Source: Octopus bimaculoides
Taxonomy: Eukaryota
Assembly: GCF_001194135.2 (NCBI RefSeq)
Contig: NC_068984.1
Location: 81,652,006 to 81,702,602 of the forward strand
Direction: 5' to 3'
Length of the DNA stretch: 50,597 nt
Positions within the stretch are counted from its first letter, which is position 1. Every line of letters starts with the position of its first letter. This document shows, piece after piece, positions 49,320 to 50,597 of this stretch. The position numbers and the translations under genes are program-made. Below the pieces are notes generated by a model. The model made no database searches and had not been told where the DNA came from. It was given only the letters and a program-made list of their open reading frames with translations.

Positions 49320-49520
49320 ATTTGTGTTTGACACCGCTTGGCAACCGGTGTTGGGTTGTTTACCGCTCTGTAGCCTAGCTGTACGGCAAAAGAGAACGAT
49401 AAACTAAGTACAGAGCTTTAACACATAAGCACTGAGGTCGATTTGTTCAATTAAACCCTTCAAGTTGATGTCCCAGCATGGTCGCAGTCCAATGATTGTA
49501 ACAAGTAAAAGAAAAGAAAA
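49320..49520 (+). mobile_element. CORE-type SINE (family E) tail; head probably in the N gap
   Basis: Matches 22560-22742. Confidence 0.75.
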
Positions 49521-49687
49521 AAAATGCCTTCCACTTTTTTTCTTTTAAAGACAAAGGGTATTGCATGCGGAAGATTTAGCTGATATTTCTAGTATTGAGC
49601 GACAACATAGAGACACCCTCCTTGGTTCTGTTGCCTCAGGTTGGCTATGATCAAACAGTCCACAAAGTGAAATGAATTTTGCTATGA

Positions 49688-49820
49688 AGTTTGCTATGAG
49701 AAAGAAACGAGATGACATTTCGTACAAGAACCTACTGGACAAAGAACTATCCTCGAAAAACCACACTTTCTCTCCTTCTCAAGACAAACTACTTTATTTC
49801 AGTATGTGAACAGATTTTAT
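49688..49820. repeat. Unclassified hairpin-containing repeat, copy 2 of 3
   Basis: Aligns with 46610-46730. Confidence 0.8.
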
Positions 49821-50104
49821 ATGCTATCAGCCGACATAGACCAAACATATCAAACTTACGACCTGAAGGTCGGATCTTGCTCGCTGTAAGATGTAAGATA
49901 TATATCGCCAGCATGTGTTTAAAGGCAGAACCTGACTAGGGTCATGATTAACACTAATCAAATCAGTGCACCTTAAGGACTCTTTTCATCACAAACTAAT
50001 GGAAAAGAAGCTTATAGATCCATTTACAAAAATATGTAACCTCGCCACGAATAGATCCAGTGGTATGAACGTTGGTGAACAAAACGTGTAATGAAAATAA
50101 ATGA

Positions 50105-50266
50105 GTGCGAAAATGACCATATTACTATGGCGCTTAGTTTGCTATGAGAAAGAAAAGAGGTCTGGCATTTCATGCAGAAACCTACAGGACAAAGAGCTAT
50201 CCTCTAAAAGCCACACTTTCTCAGGATAAACTACTTCATTTCAATATGTAAAAAGTGTTTATACAC
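50105..50266. repeat. Unclassified hairpin-containing repeat, copy 3 of 3
   Basis: Aligns with 46574-46730. Confidence 0.8.
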
Positions 50267-50270
50267 TATT

Positions 50271-50597
50271 TGGAGGCGCAATGGCCCAGTGGTTAGGGCA
50301 GCGGACTCGCAGTCATAGGATCGCGGTTTCGATTCCCTGACCGGCCGTTGTGAGTGTTTATTGAGCGAAAACACCTAAAGCTCCACGAGGCTCCGGCAGG
50401 GGATGGTGGCGAACCCTGCTGTACTCTTTCACCACAACTTTCTCTCACTCTTACTTCCTGTTTCTGTTGTGCCTGTAATTCAAAGGGTCAGCCTTGTCAC
50501 ACTGTGTCACGCTGAATATCCCCGAGAACTACATTAAGGGTACACGTGTCTGTGGAGTGCTCAGCCACTTACACGTTAATTTCACGAGCAGGCTGTT
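50271..50597 (+). mobile_element. SINE family A, truncated by the window end
   Basis: Near-identical to 29882-30210. Confidence 0.95.

Overview
Eukaryotic, AT-rich draft-assembly window with many N gaps, nearly all bordered by microsatellites. Its repeat vocabulary (tRNA-derived and CORE-type SINEs, (TACA)n/(AT)n/(CA)n tracts) most resembles a cephalopod (Octopus-like) genome; this is inference, not a database result. I see no intact host protein-coding gene, no CRISPR array and no prokaryotic features. Nearly all ORFs in the supplied track are microsatellite or N-gap artefacts, and the meaningful ones are transposon remnants. Recognisable content: a Helitron with both termini and a frameshifted Rep/helicase N-terminal fragment, three mariner remnants and one Tc1/maT-like remnant, R4/Dong-type and CR1-like LINE fragments, a probable solo LTR, at least five SINE families (several with target-site duplications), a degenerate 18S rRNA fragment, and several long inverted repeats. 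The most interesting observations are the 18S-derived piece with a (TA)n tail, head/tail swapping between SINE families, repeated insertion at one target site, microsatellite-associated stacking of R4/Dong LINEs, a locally clustered repeat with a conserved hairpin, and a near-perfect 22-bp hairpin. I found no clear evidence of a wholly new multi-gene system. Repeat boundaries were set by eye and are approximate unless a TSD or terminus is given.
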